Positions 36,689-46,367 of a stretch of 64,000 nt of DNA are shown in pieces (position 1 is the stretch's first letter; every line of letters begins with the position of its first letter). This DNA comes from a bacterium (lineage in GTDB: Bacteria > UBA8248), in NCBI GenBank assembly GCA_965207065.1, contig OZ242260.1:3360001-3424000 (forward strand), in the 5' to 3' direction. A program made the position numbers and the translations under genes. The notes beneath the pieces were generated by a model, which worked only from the letters and a program-made list of their open reading frames with translations, searched no databases and had not been told where the DNA came from.

Positions 36689-38821
36689 TTGAGTTTCCAG
36701 TTTTTGCACGGCGCGCTTCTTTGGGGGATGGGCCTCGTTTTTCTGCCCATCCTGATTCACCTGCTGAGGAGGCGCCTCGTCCGCAGGCATCGGCTCCCCA
36801 CTTTCGAGTTCCTGCTCAGAACGCAGCGCCGCATCACGAATCGCAGCAGGCTCAGGAACTGGATACTCCTGTTTCTGCGCTTATGCGCCGTGGGGCTCAT
36901 CATCTTCCTGGCGTCGCGCCCTCTTCTGGAAACCGAAGGCGGCGTGGCGGGTGTCGGATGGTTTCCCGCCCATACCGTCGCCGTAATCGATAATTCGGCG
37001 AGCATGGCGTTTCAGACCGAGAAGGGCAGTCGTTTCGACGTAACCAAACGCGCCGTGAGGCGGATGATCGAGGACATGTCCGATGCGGATCGTATGAGCA
37101 TCACGACGACCGTCGGAGAATCGGCCGCCGCTCCACTCAAGGAATTGAAGCGCAAGGATGCTTTCGCGGCCCTGGAGCAGGTGCACCAGACCGACGGCAA
37201 GGGTGCGCCCGCCCGCGTCGTCCAGCATGCGCTCGAGAACGCATCGCCCAAGGCGGGACGGAGAAACATCGTTGTTTTCAGCGATTTCGCCCGTGGCGAT
37301 TGGGAGTCGTTTCAGATTCGCAACCTCAAGCAATGGAATCCGCACGTGCATCTGCAATTCGTGCGCGTGGCCCCCGAGGCGGGGGTGGAGGATTTAAGCT
37401 TCCGGGACGTCAAGATGAAGCCGTGGCCGCCCAAAGCGGGTTTTTCCTTCACCATCGGTGCGCGTGTCTTCAATCGGGGAGAAGAGAAGAAATCCAAAGT
37501 ACCCGTGAAGTTGTACGTGGGCGAAGAACTGCAGGAAACGATAGAAGTTGACCTCGATCCGAACGGGGCGAGCCCGGTGAGTTTCCGGGTGAACGCGCCT
37601 GAGAAGGGCGTGCTCTATGGGCGACTCGAGTTGCCTGAGGACAACCTCTCGACGACGAACCGGTTCTACTTCGCGGCAGGCATCGGAAAGCGCCTGCGCG
37701 CGCTGGTCATCGACGGGGACCCGAAACGCGGGATCCAGGACAGCGAGACCTTTTTCGTCGTCAACGCCCTGAGCGCGGCTCCTCTGGGCGGAGAATCCCC
37801 GGTACTCACGCACGTCGTGGCGTCTTATGAACTGAATAAAGTAGGTTGGGATGAATACGACTACGTCATCGCCTGCAACCTGGGTCGCTGGCCCGCGCAG
37901 GCAAAGCAACAGCTTAGGAGTTTCGTCGAAAAAGGCGGTGGGCTTTTCTGGGCCACTGGAGAGTTGTCGAGTGAAAAGTCCGCAGGACTCGGCTGGCTGC
38001 CGGGCACGACAAGAGGACCCGTAACGCTGCGCCCGTCCCGAAGCCTCAAGATTGCACAGGGGGAAGGAGCGCATCCGGTTTTTTCTTTCCTGGGGACGAG
38101 CGGCGGGCGGTTTTTCTCCGCTTTGCGCCTGGCCCGGATCACGCCGCTTGAGCCGGCGAGAGGCGGACGGACTTTACTGGAGCTTCCAGACGACACTCCA
38201 GTCCTGGTGGTTGGCTCGGTAGGAGCGGGGCGAGTGCTGGTGTGGGGATCAACCTGCGATCGGGACTGGACGGACCTCGCCGTGCGGCCCGTTTTCGTCC
38301 CCTTCATGAGGGGAGTCTCGGACTTTCTGGGAGGCAGTCGAAAGGGGGTGTCTTCATCCGCAGATGCAGGCGACGCGTTCGAAATCAGGGCGCCCATCCG
38401 GCGGGTCGGTGAGGCGATACAGATACGCGGGCCGGCTCAGGAAGAGCGCGCGATTCAATTTATGGAAAAAACACCGGGTCCCGAATCCGCCCGAGCCGAT
38501 GGGCTCAGGCTGGGCAAGTCGGGAGGCGGCGCCGCAGTCGCTTACTACCGGGGTGCCGACCGCGCAGGATTTTATCGCGTGCTCACGCCCGATGAAAAAC
38601 ATTTCGTGGCCGTGAACGCACCCGCTTCCGAGTCTAAAATCTCCCCCGTGGAGATGAGTACTTTCAAGGAAAAACTCGAGAAACTCGACGTGCGCGATTT
38701 GCCTGCGAACGACTCGGACCCGTTGCGTTCTATTTTAAGCCTCATTGACCTAGGAGTGCTTCTGTTTCTCGCGCTGGGAGGGATATTCGTCGCCGAGGCC
38801 TTCCTGGCGGACAGGACCTGA
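36689..38821 (+). CDS. BatA-domain / vWA membrane protein
   Basis: N-terminal PILIHLL.RR...L.LRL, IDNSASM, FSDF, GATase-like region, VN....ES, C-terminal TM ending E.FL. Confidence 0.88.
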   Translation: MSFQFLHGALLWGMGLVFLPILIHLLRRRLVRRHRLPTFEFLLRTQRRITNRSRLRNWILLFLRLCAVGLIIFLASRPLLETEGGVAGVGWFPAHTVAVIDNSASMAFQTEKGSRFDVTKRAVRRMIEDMSDADRMSITTTVGESAAAPLKELKRKDAFAALEQVHQTDGKGAPARVVQHALENASPKAGRRNIVVFSDFARGDWESFQIRNLKQWNPHVHLQFVRVAPEAGVEDLSFRDVKMKPWPPKAGFSFTIGARVFNRGEEKKSKVPVKLYVGEELQETIEVDLDPNGASPVSFRVNAPEKGVLYGRLELPEDNLSTTNRFYFAAGIGKRLRALVIDGDPKRGIQDSETFFVVNALSAAPLGGESPVLTHVVASYELNKVGWDEYDYVIACNLGRWPAQAKQQLRSFVEKGGGLFWATGELSSEKSAGLGWLPGTTRGPVTLRPSRSLKIAQGEGAHPVFSFLGTSGGRFFSALRLARITPLEPARGGRTLLELPDDTPVLVVGSVGAGRVLVWGSTCDRDWTDLAVRPVFVPFMRGVSDFLGGSRKGVSSSADAGDAFEIRAPIRRVGEAIQIRGPAQEERAIQFMEKTPGPESARADGLRLGKSGGGAAVAYYRGADRAGFYRVLTPDEKHFVAVNAPASESKISPVEMSTFKEKLEKLDVRDLPANDSDPLRSILSLIDLGVLLFLALGGIFVAEAFLADRT

Positions 38822-38868
38822 ATACGCGGAAATTTTAAGCGATTTAACTCAGCAGGATTGAATCGTTT

Positions 38869-38936
38869 CGTCCGTTGGACTTGCGTGGCCCCGTGCCGCT
38901 CCACCCCAATACGGGGCGGAGCGGCTCGGGCGGACG
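38869..38936. other. GC-rich stem-loop after the BatA gene (terminator- or REP-like)
   Basis: CCCG-T-GCCGCTCC-A-CCCC / GGGG-C-GGAGCGGC-T-CGGG with outer CGTCCG/CGGACG; no U tract. Confidence 0.5.
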
Positions 38937-39073
38937 GGACCACTGGAACTTATCCTTGGAACAACATGATTTTGAAGGCGATACACCGCCTGCCTCTCAA
39001 TACCCTATTTTCACATAAAGATGGGCATGGTATCAAGTGGAAAATGCTATGCGAGCGCAGTAGCCACTTTTTC

Positions 39074-39085
39074 ATAAGCGCTTAT
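39074..39085. promoter_or_regulatory. Candidate operator palindrome
   Basis: Perfect 12-bp palindrome ATAAGCGCTTAT in the AT-rich region upstream of 39155. Confidence 0.4.
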
Positions 39086-39154
39086 ATGCTGTTATATTGA
39101 GTAACCTCTCGAAAATGATGGTTAAATTATTGATATTTGGAGATTAACTTCGCT

Positions 39155-39991
39155 ATGAACCTATCCCGGGATGAAATCGTGACTCGTTTGCGTGCCGAGA
39201 GGGACGCTGGACGCTCCGTTTACGACGCGCTTTGCGGAAGCGGTATTACGGCGAAATTCGCGGCGCGCGGCGGAGCGGACCTCGTGACCACCTTCAATCT
39301 CGCCTACTACCGGATGCAGGGGTTAAGCTCGATGGCTGGTTATCTGCCCATCGGAGACGCGAACGCCATCACGCTCGAACTGGGTGAGCGCTCCATCTTG
39401 AGCGTGGTGCGGGATTGCCCCGTCATCGCGGGCCTTCTGGGCGCGGACCCAACGAGGAACATGTCCAGGTTCGTGGACAGAATCGAGGCGGCGGGCTTCC
39501 ACGGGGTGATGAACTGCCCCACCGTCGCCCTCATTGACGGGGATTTCAGAAAAGATTTAGAAGAAACCGGCATGGGTTTCTCAAAAGAAGTGGATGTGCT
39601 GGGATACGCGAGCCGCAAGGGCCTGTTCACCAAAGCCTTCACGACCACGCCGGAAGAAGCCCTCGCCATGGCGGAAGCGGGCGTGGACAACATTATCATC
39701 CACTTCGGGAACAGCTCGGGCGGCTCCATCGGTTCGAAGACGGTGATGCCGCTCGAACAAGCCGCTCAAAGGGCGGTGGCCATCTTCGACGCACTTTTGC
39801 CGAGATATGAAGAGAGAATCTTCACCTGTCATGGAGGCGCGATTGAGACACCTGCCGACTTCGAGAAACTGCTCGACATGGAGAGCCGCTTCGACGGCTA
39901 TGTCGGAGGCTCCTCGGCCGAGCGTTTTCCGGTGGAGGATGCGGTTCCGAAGGCGGCGCAGGGTTTCAAGTCGGTACGGCTTCGTAAATAG
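39155..39991 (+). CDS. Phosphoenolpyruvate-hydrolase-like TIM-barrel protein (Tm-1 C-terminal-domain homolog)
   Basis: GSGITAK...GGADL, RMQG.SSMAG.LP.GDAN, PTVALIDG.FR..LEETGMG, GGSIG, CHGG, G.SS.ER.PVE. Confidence 0.85.
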   Translation: MNLSRDEIVTRLRAERDAGRSVYDALCGSGITAKFAARGGADLVTTFNLAYYRMQGLSSMAGYLPIGDANAITLELGERSILSVVRDCPVIAGLLGADPTRNMSRFVDRIEAAGFHGVMNCPTVALIDGDFRKDLEETGMGFSKEVDVLGYASRKGLFTKAFTTTPEEALAMAEAGVDNIIIHFGNSSGGSIGSKTVMPLEQAAQRAVAIFDALLPRYEERIFTCHGGAIETPADFEKLLDMESRFDGYVGGSSAERFPVEDAVPKAAQGFKSVRLRK

Positions 39992-40050
39992 GCCGAAGCG
40001 CGTCTTGCCAGCGATATTTTTTGAAAACCAATTTGTCAGGTAAGGGGAAT

Positions 40051-41298
40051 ATGTCGATTCCGGGTGTAGCCATATTGGTGACGATGGACAGCAAGGGTGC
40101 GGAGGCGCGCTTTCTGGCGGACTCGCTCGCAGAATCAAATGTAGATTCCGTCCTGGTGGATCTGTCCTGCAGGCCGCACGAGGCGGGCGGCGCGGACGTC
40201 ACTGGAACGGAGGTGGCTGCCGCGGCGGGGCGGAGCTGGGAAGACTTGGCCGGAATGGAGCGAAACGCCGCCTCGGAAATCATGATGGAAGGCGGAAAGC
40301 GGGTTGTGGTCAATAAGTTTCGTGCTGGTGAGATAGGGGGCGCGGTCGGACTCGGCGGGGCGAACGGCACCTCGATGGCCTGCGCCATCATGCGCGCGCT
40401 GCCGCCCCTCGCGCCCAAGGTGATGGTGAGCGTTGTCGCCGCCACGGCGGCCGTGCAGTGGTATGTGGCCGAGAGCGACATCATCATGTTCCCCTCCATC
40501 GGCGATATATCCCTGAACCGCATCACGCGCGGGGTATTGAAAAACGCCGCTCTCGCCCTGGCAGGCATGGTGAAGCGAGAGGACGCATCGGGAGAAAGCG
40601 ATAGCAACGCACCACCCCTCATCGGGGTGTCGTCCTTCGGCGGTACGGCGGCGTGTATCGAGCGTGTAGAGAGAAGGCTTACCGAGGCGGGCTATGAAGT
40701 CATTTTCTTTCATGCTTCCGGCCCCGGCGGGCGCGCGCTGGAGTCCCTCGCCGGTCTGGGCGAGTTGGCCGGTGTGGTGGACGTCACCACGCACGAATTA
40801 ACGGACCTGCTTGTGGACGGCGTTTACAGCGCGGGTGCCGCGAGGCTCGAGGCGGCGGGTGCTGCGGGCATCCCACAGGTCGTAGTGCCGGGCGCGCTCG
40901 ATCACGCGAATTTCTGGACGGGACATGTGCCCGAGAAATATCAAAGCAGGGCGTTTTTCCAGTACAACGCCCAGAACCTCCTCATGCGCACCAACAAGGA
41001 GGAATTCGAGGCGCTCGGCGTCCTGATGGCGGAAAAGCTCAACCGCGCTAGGGGGCCTTTATCCGTACTGATACCCACGCGAGGTTACAGCGAGCATACG
41101 AAACGCAAGGCCCACGACCTGGAAGGACGCGAGGTGGGCGATTGGCGCCAGCCCGAGGTGGACGCCGCCTTTACGGTCTCGCTCCGGGAGCACCTGAAGA
41201 CGGGGGAGATCGTCGCGCTCGATCTGCACATCAACGACCCGTCCTTCGCCGATGCGTGCGCGGACAAGATGATCGAGATGCTTGCGCGGAGCGCATAA
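40051..41298 (+). CDS. UPF0261 / Tm-1-like ATP-binding domain protein
   Basis: TMDSKG.E, GLGGANGT...MRALP...PK.MVS, FHASG.GG..LE, D.TTHEL.D, R..AA...GIPQVV.PGALD..NF, LMRT..EE, HIND..FA. Confidence 0.9.
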   Translation: MSIPGVAILVTMDSKGAEARFLADSLAESNVDSVLVDLSCRPHEAGGADVTGTEVAAAAGRSWEDLAGMERNAASEIMMEGGKRVVVNKFRAGEIGGAVGLGGANGTSMACAIMRALPPLAPKVMVSVVAATAAVQWYVAESDIIMFPSIGDISLNRITRGVLKNAALALAGMVKREDASGESDSNAPPLIGVSSFGGTAACIERVERRLTEAGYEVIFFHASGPGGRALESLAGLGELAGVVDVTTHELTDLLVDGVYSAGAARLEAAGAAGIPQVVVPGALDHANFWTGHVPEKYQSRAFFQYNAQNLLMRTNKEEFEALGVLMAEKLNRARGPLSVLIPTRGYSEHTKRKAHDLEGREVGDWRQPEVDAAFTVSLREHLKTGEIVALDLHINDPSFADACADKMIEMLARSA

Positions 41299-41401
41299 GC
41301 CGGGGCGGTCTCTTGCGGGGAGTCTTTTGCTCTCAAATGTTTTAAGATGCGTCCGTAAATCTTGATTCTTTTCAAATGATAGGCTCGAAAGGACGATTCA
41401 G

Positions 41402-43126
41402 ATGGCGGGAAACATCACGGAAGAACGCCACGAGACCGACGTTTTGATCGTGGGCGGGGGTGCGGCGGGCACGATGGCCGCATTCGAATGCGCACAGGCG
41501 GGCGTGAGCGTTATCCAGGCCACCAAGGGCAGGGCAACCAGCGGCACGACGACCGTGGCGCGGGGCGGATTCGCCGCGGCGATGGCGCCGGGCGACAGCC
41601 CCGAGCTTCATCTGCAGGAAATCCTGAAATACGGCGGTGAACTCATCGACCCCGAACTGGCGAGAACCTGGGTGTACGACATCATCGATGTCGTGCATGA
41701 CCTGCGCGAGTGGGGAGCGGAGTTCATCACCGACGATAACGGCGACCTCGACCTCAAGATGTTCCCGAGCCACACCTATCCCCGCGCCCTGCATCACCAC
41801 GATACCACGGGCAACATGGTCACCAAGGTGCTCTCCAAAAGACTCCGGGGCGACGCCCGCATCGGCCAGCATCCCCATGTGGCCATCGTGGACCTCATCA
41901 CCGAGGAGGGCCGCGTCATCGGCGCTTGGGGGGTGGACTACTCGCGCGGCTGCCTCATGGTCTACGCCGCGCGCGAAGTGATTCTCGCCACTGGAGGCGG
42001 GAGCGGCCTTTTCTACGTGAACGACAACCCGCCGCAGGTGACGGGCGACGGCTACGTTCTTGGCTTTCGGGCGGGCGCTTCTCTCCTCGGCGTCGAGATG
42101 ATCGATTTTCAGGCCATGTGCTGCGCGCCCGAGGAGCTTTTCGGCTTCGCGCCCCATCCCACGGGCTTCATCAACGCGGGCGCCATTTTCCTGAACCAGG
42201 AAGGCGAGGCGTTCCTGAAGCGCTATTTCCCGGACACGGCGGAAAAGAGTACGCGCAGCGAGGTTATCCTCGCCATGGCGAAGGAGATACACGCAGGTAG
42301 AGCGGGCCTGACGGGCGGCATCTACATGGACGCCACCCGGGTACCCATGGAGACGATACAAAGACAAATACCTCATGTGTATAAAACGTGCCTCTCGCGC
42401 GGCATCGACATCACGAAAACGCCGCTCGAAGTGGCCCCGGGCAGCCACACCTGGCTCGGCGGTCTCGAGATCGACGTCGACGGCAGGACGCGCGTGCCGG
42501 GCCTTTGGGCCGCGGGCGAGACGGGGGGCGGCATCCATGGCGGCAACCGCATCGGCGGCTCAGCACTTTCGGCCTCGCTGGTCTACGGGAGGCGGGCCGG
42601 GCAGGCGGTCTCCGTACAGGTGAAAGAGAGCGGTCGGGATGCACAGGCTGTTTCCGGCGGCATTCCTGAAGCGGAGCGAACCTGGCTGCAAACGCTCATC
42701 GACCGGGATGAAGGGCCGCTCCAGAAGGACGTGCGCATGAGCTGCCGGATGCTCGCGCACGAGAAACTCGGCCCCATTCGAGACGCCGAGGGCTGCCGGA
42801 ACGCGCTGGATGAATATGCGCGCATCGAAAACGAGGATATCCCGAACATGCGCCTCGATGACGGCGCGCGCACGTCGGAGAAAACGAAAGGCCAGGAACT
42901 CGAAAGCGCGCTTTCTGTCCGGAACCTGGCGCTTCTGGGGAAACTCCTCGCCACAGCCGCCCTGAACAGAAAAGAGAGCCGGGGGGCGCATTTCAGGCTC
43001 GATTATCCCGAGACGAACGAGGCGGACTGCAGTTTCGTGACGCGCCTCACCCACGGAGCGGGCGGTGATATTTTGTTCGATACAGACCCGCTCAAGACAT
43101 ATACGCCCGCAGCGGCCCGGGAATAG
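41402..43126 (+). CDS. SdhA/FrdA/NadB-superfamily FAD-dependent oxidoreductase, non-canonical
   Basis: DVLIVGGGAAG, VILATGG, TGDG, GLWAAGE..GG.HG.NR.GG.AL, ESRGAHFRLDYP. Confidence 0.9.
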   Translation: MAGNITEERHETDVLIVGGGAAGTMAAFECAQAGVSVIQATKGRATSGTTTVARGGFAAAMAPGDSPELHLQEILKYGGELIDPELARTWVYDIIDVVHDLREWGAEFITDDNGDLDLKMFPSHTYPRALHHHDTTGNMVTKVLSKRLRGDARIGQHPHVAIVDLITEEGRVIGAWGVDYSRGCLMVYAAREVILATGGGSGLFYVNDNPPQVTGDGYVLGFRAGASLLGVEMIDFQAMCCAPEELFGFAPHPTGFINAGAIFLNQEGEAFLKRYFPDTAEKSTRSEVILAMAKEIHAGRAGLTGGIYMDATRVPMETIQRQIPHVYKTCLSRGIDITKTPLEVAPGSHTWLGGLEIDVDGRTRVPGLWAAGETGGGIHGGNRIGGSALSASLVYGRRAGQAVSVQVKESGRDAQAVSGGIPEAERTWLQTLIDRDEGPLQKDVRMSCRMLAHEKLGPIRDAEGCRNALDEYARIENEDIPNMRLDDGARTSEKTKGQELESALSVRNLALLGKLLATAALNRKESRGAHFRLDYPETNEADCSFVTRLTHGAGGDILFDTDPLKTYTPAAARE

Positions 43127-43153
43127 ACGCGGGTAGAGGAGAGGAACCAGGAT

Positions 43154-44044
43154 ATGGCGCAGGCGAAAGTAGGCGTAGTCGGTTTGGGGAACATGGGGCG
43201 CGGCGTCGCCGGCAATCTGCACAAGGCGAAAATCCCTTTAATGGTCTGGGACGTGGCGCCCGAGGCAAGGGAACCCTGGGAGAGAAAACGGGGTGTGGAG
43301 GTTCTCGAACCGGGCGAGATGGCGGGACAGGCGGGCATCATCTTCTTCGTAGTGCCGGGATCGCCTGAAATCGAAGCGGCGCTCAAGGGAAGGAATGGCG
43401 TTCTGGCGAACGCGAGAAAGAACCTGGTGATCTATGACTTCACGAGTTCGGACCCCGCTGTGAGCCGGAAGATCGCCCGGCGCGCAAAGGCGAAGGATGT
43501 TGACTATCTCGACGCCGGTATGAGCGGGGGTGCGACGGGCGCCGCCGCAGGCACGCTGACGCTCATGATAGGCGGTGATGAAAAAGCTTATCGCCGCACG
43601 AAACGCTTCCTGACTCCCATCGCCGATGACCTCTTCTATCTGGGCGAGAGCGGCGCGGGCCACGCCATGAAGCTCATCCACAACATGGTCTGCCACTCCA
43701 TTTTCATGGCGACTTGCGAGGGCGGAAAACTCGCCGAAAAAGTGGGCCTCAAGGTTGAGGACATGATCGACGTGTTCAATGTATCGAACGCGAGGAGCTA
43801 CGCGAGCCAGTTCCGCTTCCCGAACCACATATTGTCCGAGAAATGGGACGGGAAATCACGCGTCTACAACATGATCAAGGACGTCGGCATGGCCGTGCAG
43901 ATGGGCAAGAAGCACAGGGCGCATACCGAGCACGGAGAAGCCACGCTCTCGTTTCTGGAAAAAGCCGTCAAACGCGGGATGATCGAAAAAGATTTCACGT
44001 TGTTGTATCGTGATTACGAGAAAGTTGCGAAGACGCGCTTGTAG
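43154..44044 (+). CDS. 3-hydroxyisobutyrate-dehydrogenase-family NAD(P)-dependent oxidoreductase
   Basis: VGLGNMG, DAGMSGG..GA..GTLTLMIGG, G.GHAMKLIHN. Confidence 0.9.
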   Translation: MAQAKVGVVGLGNMGRGVAGNLHKAKIPLMVWDVAPEAREPWERKRGVEVLEPGEMAGQAGIIFFVVPGSPEIEAALKGRNGVLANARKNLVIYDFTSSDPAVSRKIARRAKAKDVDYLDAGMSGGATGAAAGTLTLMIGGDEKAYRRTKRFLTPIADDLFYLGESGAGHAMKLIHNMVCHSIFMATCEGGKLAEKVGLKVEDMIDVFNVSNARSYASQFRFPNHILSEKWDGKSRVYNMIKDVGMAVQMGKKHRAHTEHGEATLSFLEKAVKRGMIEKDFTLLYRDYEKVAKTRL

Positions 44045-44069
44045 GTTTGGTTGACACTGGAGCTTTCCC

Positions 44070-44684
44070 ATGAAACTGGTGGTGGGCGTAACGGGTGCTT
44101 CCGGCTCGATATACGGCGTGCGCCTCATGGAGGTGTTGCACGACGCGTATCCCGAAGTGGAGACCCATTTGGTTGTCTCCAAAGCGGGCATCCGCGTTCT
44201 GAGCTATGAAACGGATGTGGATATCGCAAAGCTCTCTTCATGGGCGAGTGTCGTTCATCCCGAAAGTGATATCGGGGCGCGGCCCGCGAGCGGGAGCGCG
44301 GGCTTCGACGCGATGGTAATCGCGCCTTGTTCCCTGAAAACACTGGGCCTGATAGCCACGGGCACGGGCGATAACCTCATCTGCCGCGCAGCGGACGTGA
44401 TGCTCAAGGAGCAGAAAAAACTCGTTCTCCTGCCGCGCGAGATGCCGCTTTCGGCGATTCATCTGGAAAACATGCACAAACTCGCGCTAATGGGCGTATT
44501 CATATTGCCGGCGTCGCCGGGTTTCTATTTCAAGCCCCAGACGATGGAGGATCTGATCGATCACGTGGTGGGCAAGACGCTCACCTGCCTGGGGCTGGAG
44601 CAAAACCTCTTCGAGCGTTGGCGAGGCCAGCACCCGGAGCGGAGGAGCACCGTGACGCGAAATGACGGGGAGATGAGCGGATGA
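44070..44684 (+). CDS. ubiX: Flavin prenyltransferase UbiX
   Basis: VGVTGASG..YG, ASGS, APCSLKTL, NLI.RAADV.LKE...LVL.PRE.PL..IHLENM, PGFY..P. Confidence 0.95.
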   Translation: MKLVVGVTGASGSIYGVRLMEVLHDAYPEVETHLVVSKAGIRVLSYETDVDIAKLSSWASVVHPESDIGARPASGSAGFDAMVIAPCSLKTLGLIATGTGDNLICRAADVMLKEQKKLVLLPREMPLSAIHLENMHKLALMGVFILPASPGFYFKPQTMEDLIDHVVGKTLTCLGLEQNLFERWRGQHPERRSTVTRNDGEMSG

Positions 44685-44866
44685 ATGAAAAAGCAGAAGT
44701 TGCCTCACAACTCGTGCGAATGGGGCGGGACGTCTTCGGCCTCGACGATGAAGAGCGAATTGCCGGATATGCCGATGAGGTGGCGGAGATGATGCAGACG
44801 CTATCGTCCGCCTCACTCGAGAAAACGCTGGAGCCTTTCGCTCCACCCGCCAAAGAATCGAAATAA
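44681..44866 (+). CDS. Small AtzG/HpxX(DUF4089)- or GatC-like amidase partner peptide
   Basis: 61 aa, ATGA-coupled to ubiX; FGL..EE......V......L....L....EP pattern; amidase in the same cluster. Confidence 0.55.
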   Translation: MNEKAEVASQLVRMGRDVFGLDDEERIAGYADEVAEMMQTLSSASLEKTLEPFAPPAKESK

Positions 44867-44867
44867 A

Positions 44868-46364
44868 TTGCCGCTTGCAAGCGCCGTACTGCCTTCTTTC
44901 TACCAGGATTCCGTAAATCTCATGCGTCTGGCGCGCGAGATCCGCAAAAAACCGGGCGTCTCCGAGATGGCGGCGCTCATGGGCACGCCTGCAAATCACG
45001 AGATTCTGTATCAGGCGGGATTGACCAAGGACAGTCTTGACGCAGGGCCGAACGATCTGGTGCTGGCCGTGGAGGCGGACACCCAGGAACTCGCGTATGA
45101 GGCGATTAAGGAGGCAAAAACCTTTCTCACGCAAGCGAGGGCCGCTGGTGGCGAGGCAAGCGATTTTACGCCTTCGAGCCTTGCGGGAGCGCTCGCCGCT
45201 GCGCCTGATTCCAACCTCGCGATGATCTCCGTGCCCGGCGCCTTTGCCGCGAAAGAAGCCATGGATGCCCTGCGGGGCGGGCTTCATGTGTTCCTGTTCA
45301 GCGACAATGTTTCCGTAGATGACGAGGTGGCGCTCAAGCGAGAGGCCATAGAGCGCGATCTGCTCCTGATGGGCCCCGATTGCGGAACGGCGTACATCGG
45401 GGGCGTGGGGCTCGGTTTCACCAACGTGGTGAAGCCGGGGCGCGTGGGTTGCATCGCCGCCTCGGGCACGGGCCTCCAGGCCGTGGCTTCGCAACTCGAT
45501 GCCCTGGGCGAGGGAATTTCCCACGGAATCGGCGTGGGCGGGCGCGATTTGTCCGCGGAAGTGGGTGGGCTGATGACGCTCCACTCGCTCGATTTCCTAG
45601 CCGATGATCCCGATACAGAAGTCGTAGTCCTCATATCCAAGCCGCCGGACGCTGAGGTGCTTCCTGAAATCGAATCAGCGCTTAAGAACTTTAAGAAGCC
45701 GCACGTCGTCTGTTTTCTGGGTGCGGCTAATCCCGATTGGGCGGAGACTCTGGAGGGTGCAGGCCACGCCGCGGCGGCGATCCTGAAAGGCGAGAGGTAC
45801 CAGCCTGAAAATTTCTTCGCCCAGGCGGGACTGAGGGAGAGAATCGCTTCCTTGAAGCCGGGTGACGCGCTTGATGGCGCGGGCGTGCTGGGGCTTTTCT
45901 CGGGCGGCACGCTCGCCCATGAGAGCCGCCTCATTCTGGAGGATTTGCTCGGCGAAATATCCTGGAACGAGGATGCGGGCTACAGCAGAATTCTCGACCT
46001 GGGCGATGATCGCTACACGGTCGGCAAGCCCCATCCCATGATCGACCCCGAGTCCCGCGCGGAGATGATTGCGGCAACTGCGGAGAATGACCGCGTTGGC
46101 GTCGTCCTGTTCGACCTGATGCTTGGCAGGGCAAGTTCACAGGACCCGGCGGGCCCTCTCGCGCGGGCGATAAAGGAGGCGAGAGGGAAGGGGAGGCGTC
46201 CTGTTTTCGTCGCCTCCGTCGTGGGTACGGCGGATGATCCGCAAGGGCTGGATGCGCAGGTGGGGATTCTCGAAGATGCAGGCGTGGTCGTGCTTCCATC
46301 CAACGCGCAGGCGGCGCGTTTCGCGGCAGCGCTGGTGAAGCCGGAACTGTTCGAGGCTGTGTGA
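44868..46364 (+). CDS. fdrA: FdrA-family acyl-CoA-synthetase-like protein (lacks the C-terminal domain)
   Basis: YQDSV.LM, MGTPAN, ISVPG..A, FSDNV, MGPDCGT, ASGTG.Q, IG.GGRDL, ISKPP, GGTL..E, DLGDD.YT.G.PHPMIDP. Confidence 0.92.
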   Translation: MPLASAVLPSFYQDSVNLMRLAREIRKKPGVSEMAALMGTPANHEILYQAGLTKDSLDAGPNDLVLAVEADTQELAYEAIKEAKTFLTQARAAGGEASDFTPSSLAGALAAAPDSNLAMISVPGAFAAKEAMDALRGGLHVFLFSDNVSVDDEVALKREAIERDLLLMGPDCGTAYIGGVGLGFTNVVKPGRVGCIAASGTGLQAVASQLDALGEGISHGIGVGGRDLSAEVGGLMTLHSLDFLADDPDTEVVVLISKPPDAEVLPEIESALKNFKKPHVVCFLGAANPDWAETLEGAGHAAAAILKGERYQPENFFAQAGLRERIASLKPGDALDGAGVLGLFSGGTLAHESRLILEDLLGEISWNEDAGYSRILDLGDDRYTVGKPHPMIDPESRAEMIAATAENDRVGVVLFDLMLGRASSQDPAGPLARAIKEARGKGRRPVFVASVVGTADDPQGLDAQVGILEDAGVVVLPSNAQAARFAAALVKPELFEAV

Positions 46365-46367
46365 GCC

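Noticed and set aside
39155-41298. Tm-1-like pair as an anti-phage system
   Set aside because: The antiviral role is known only for the plant protein; the context here is metabolic with no defence genes nearby.
46362-46364. In-frame TGA between FdrA and its C-terminal domain as a third Sec codon
   Set aside because: Linker position with no Cys equivalent that I can identify and no convincing hairpin; the downstream ORF has its own TTG with GAGG upstream.
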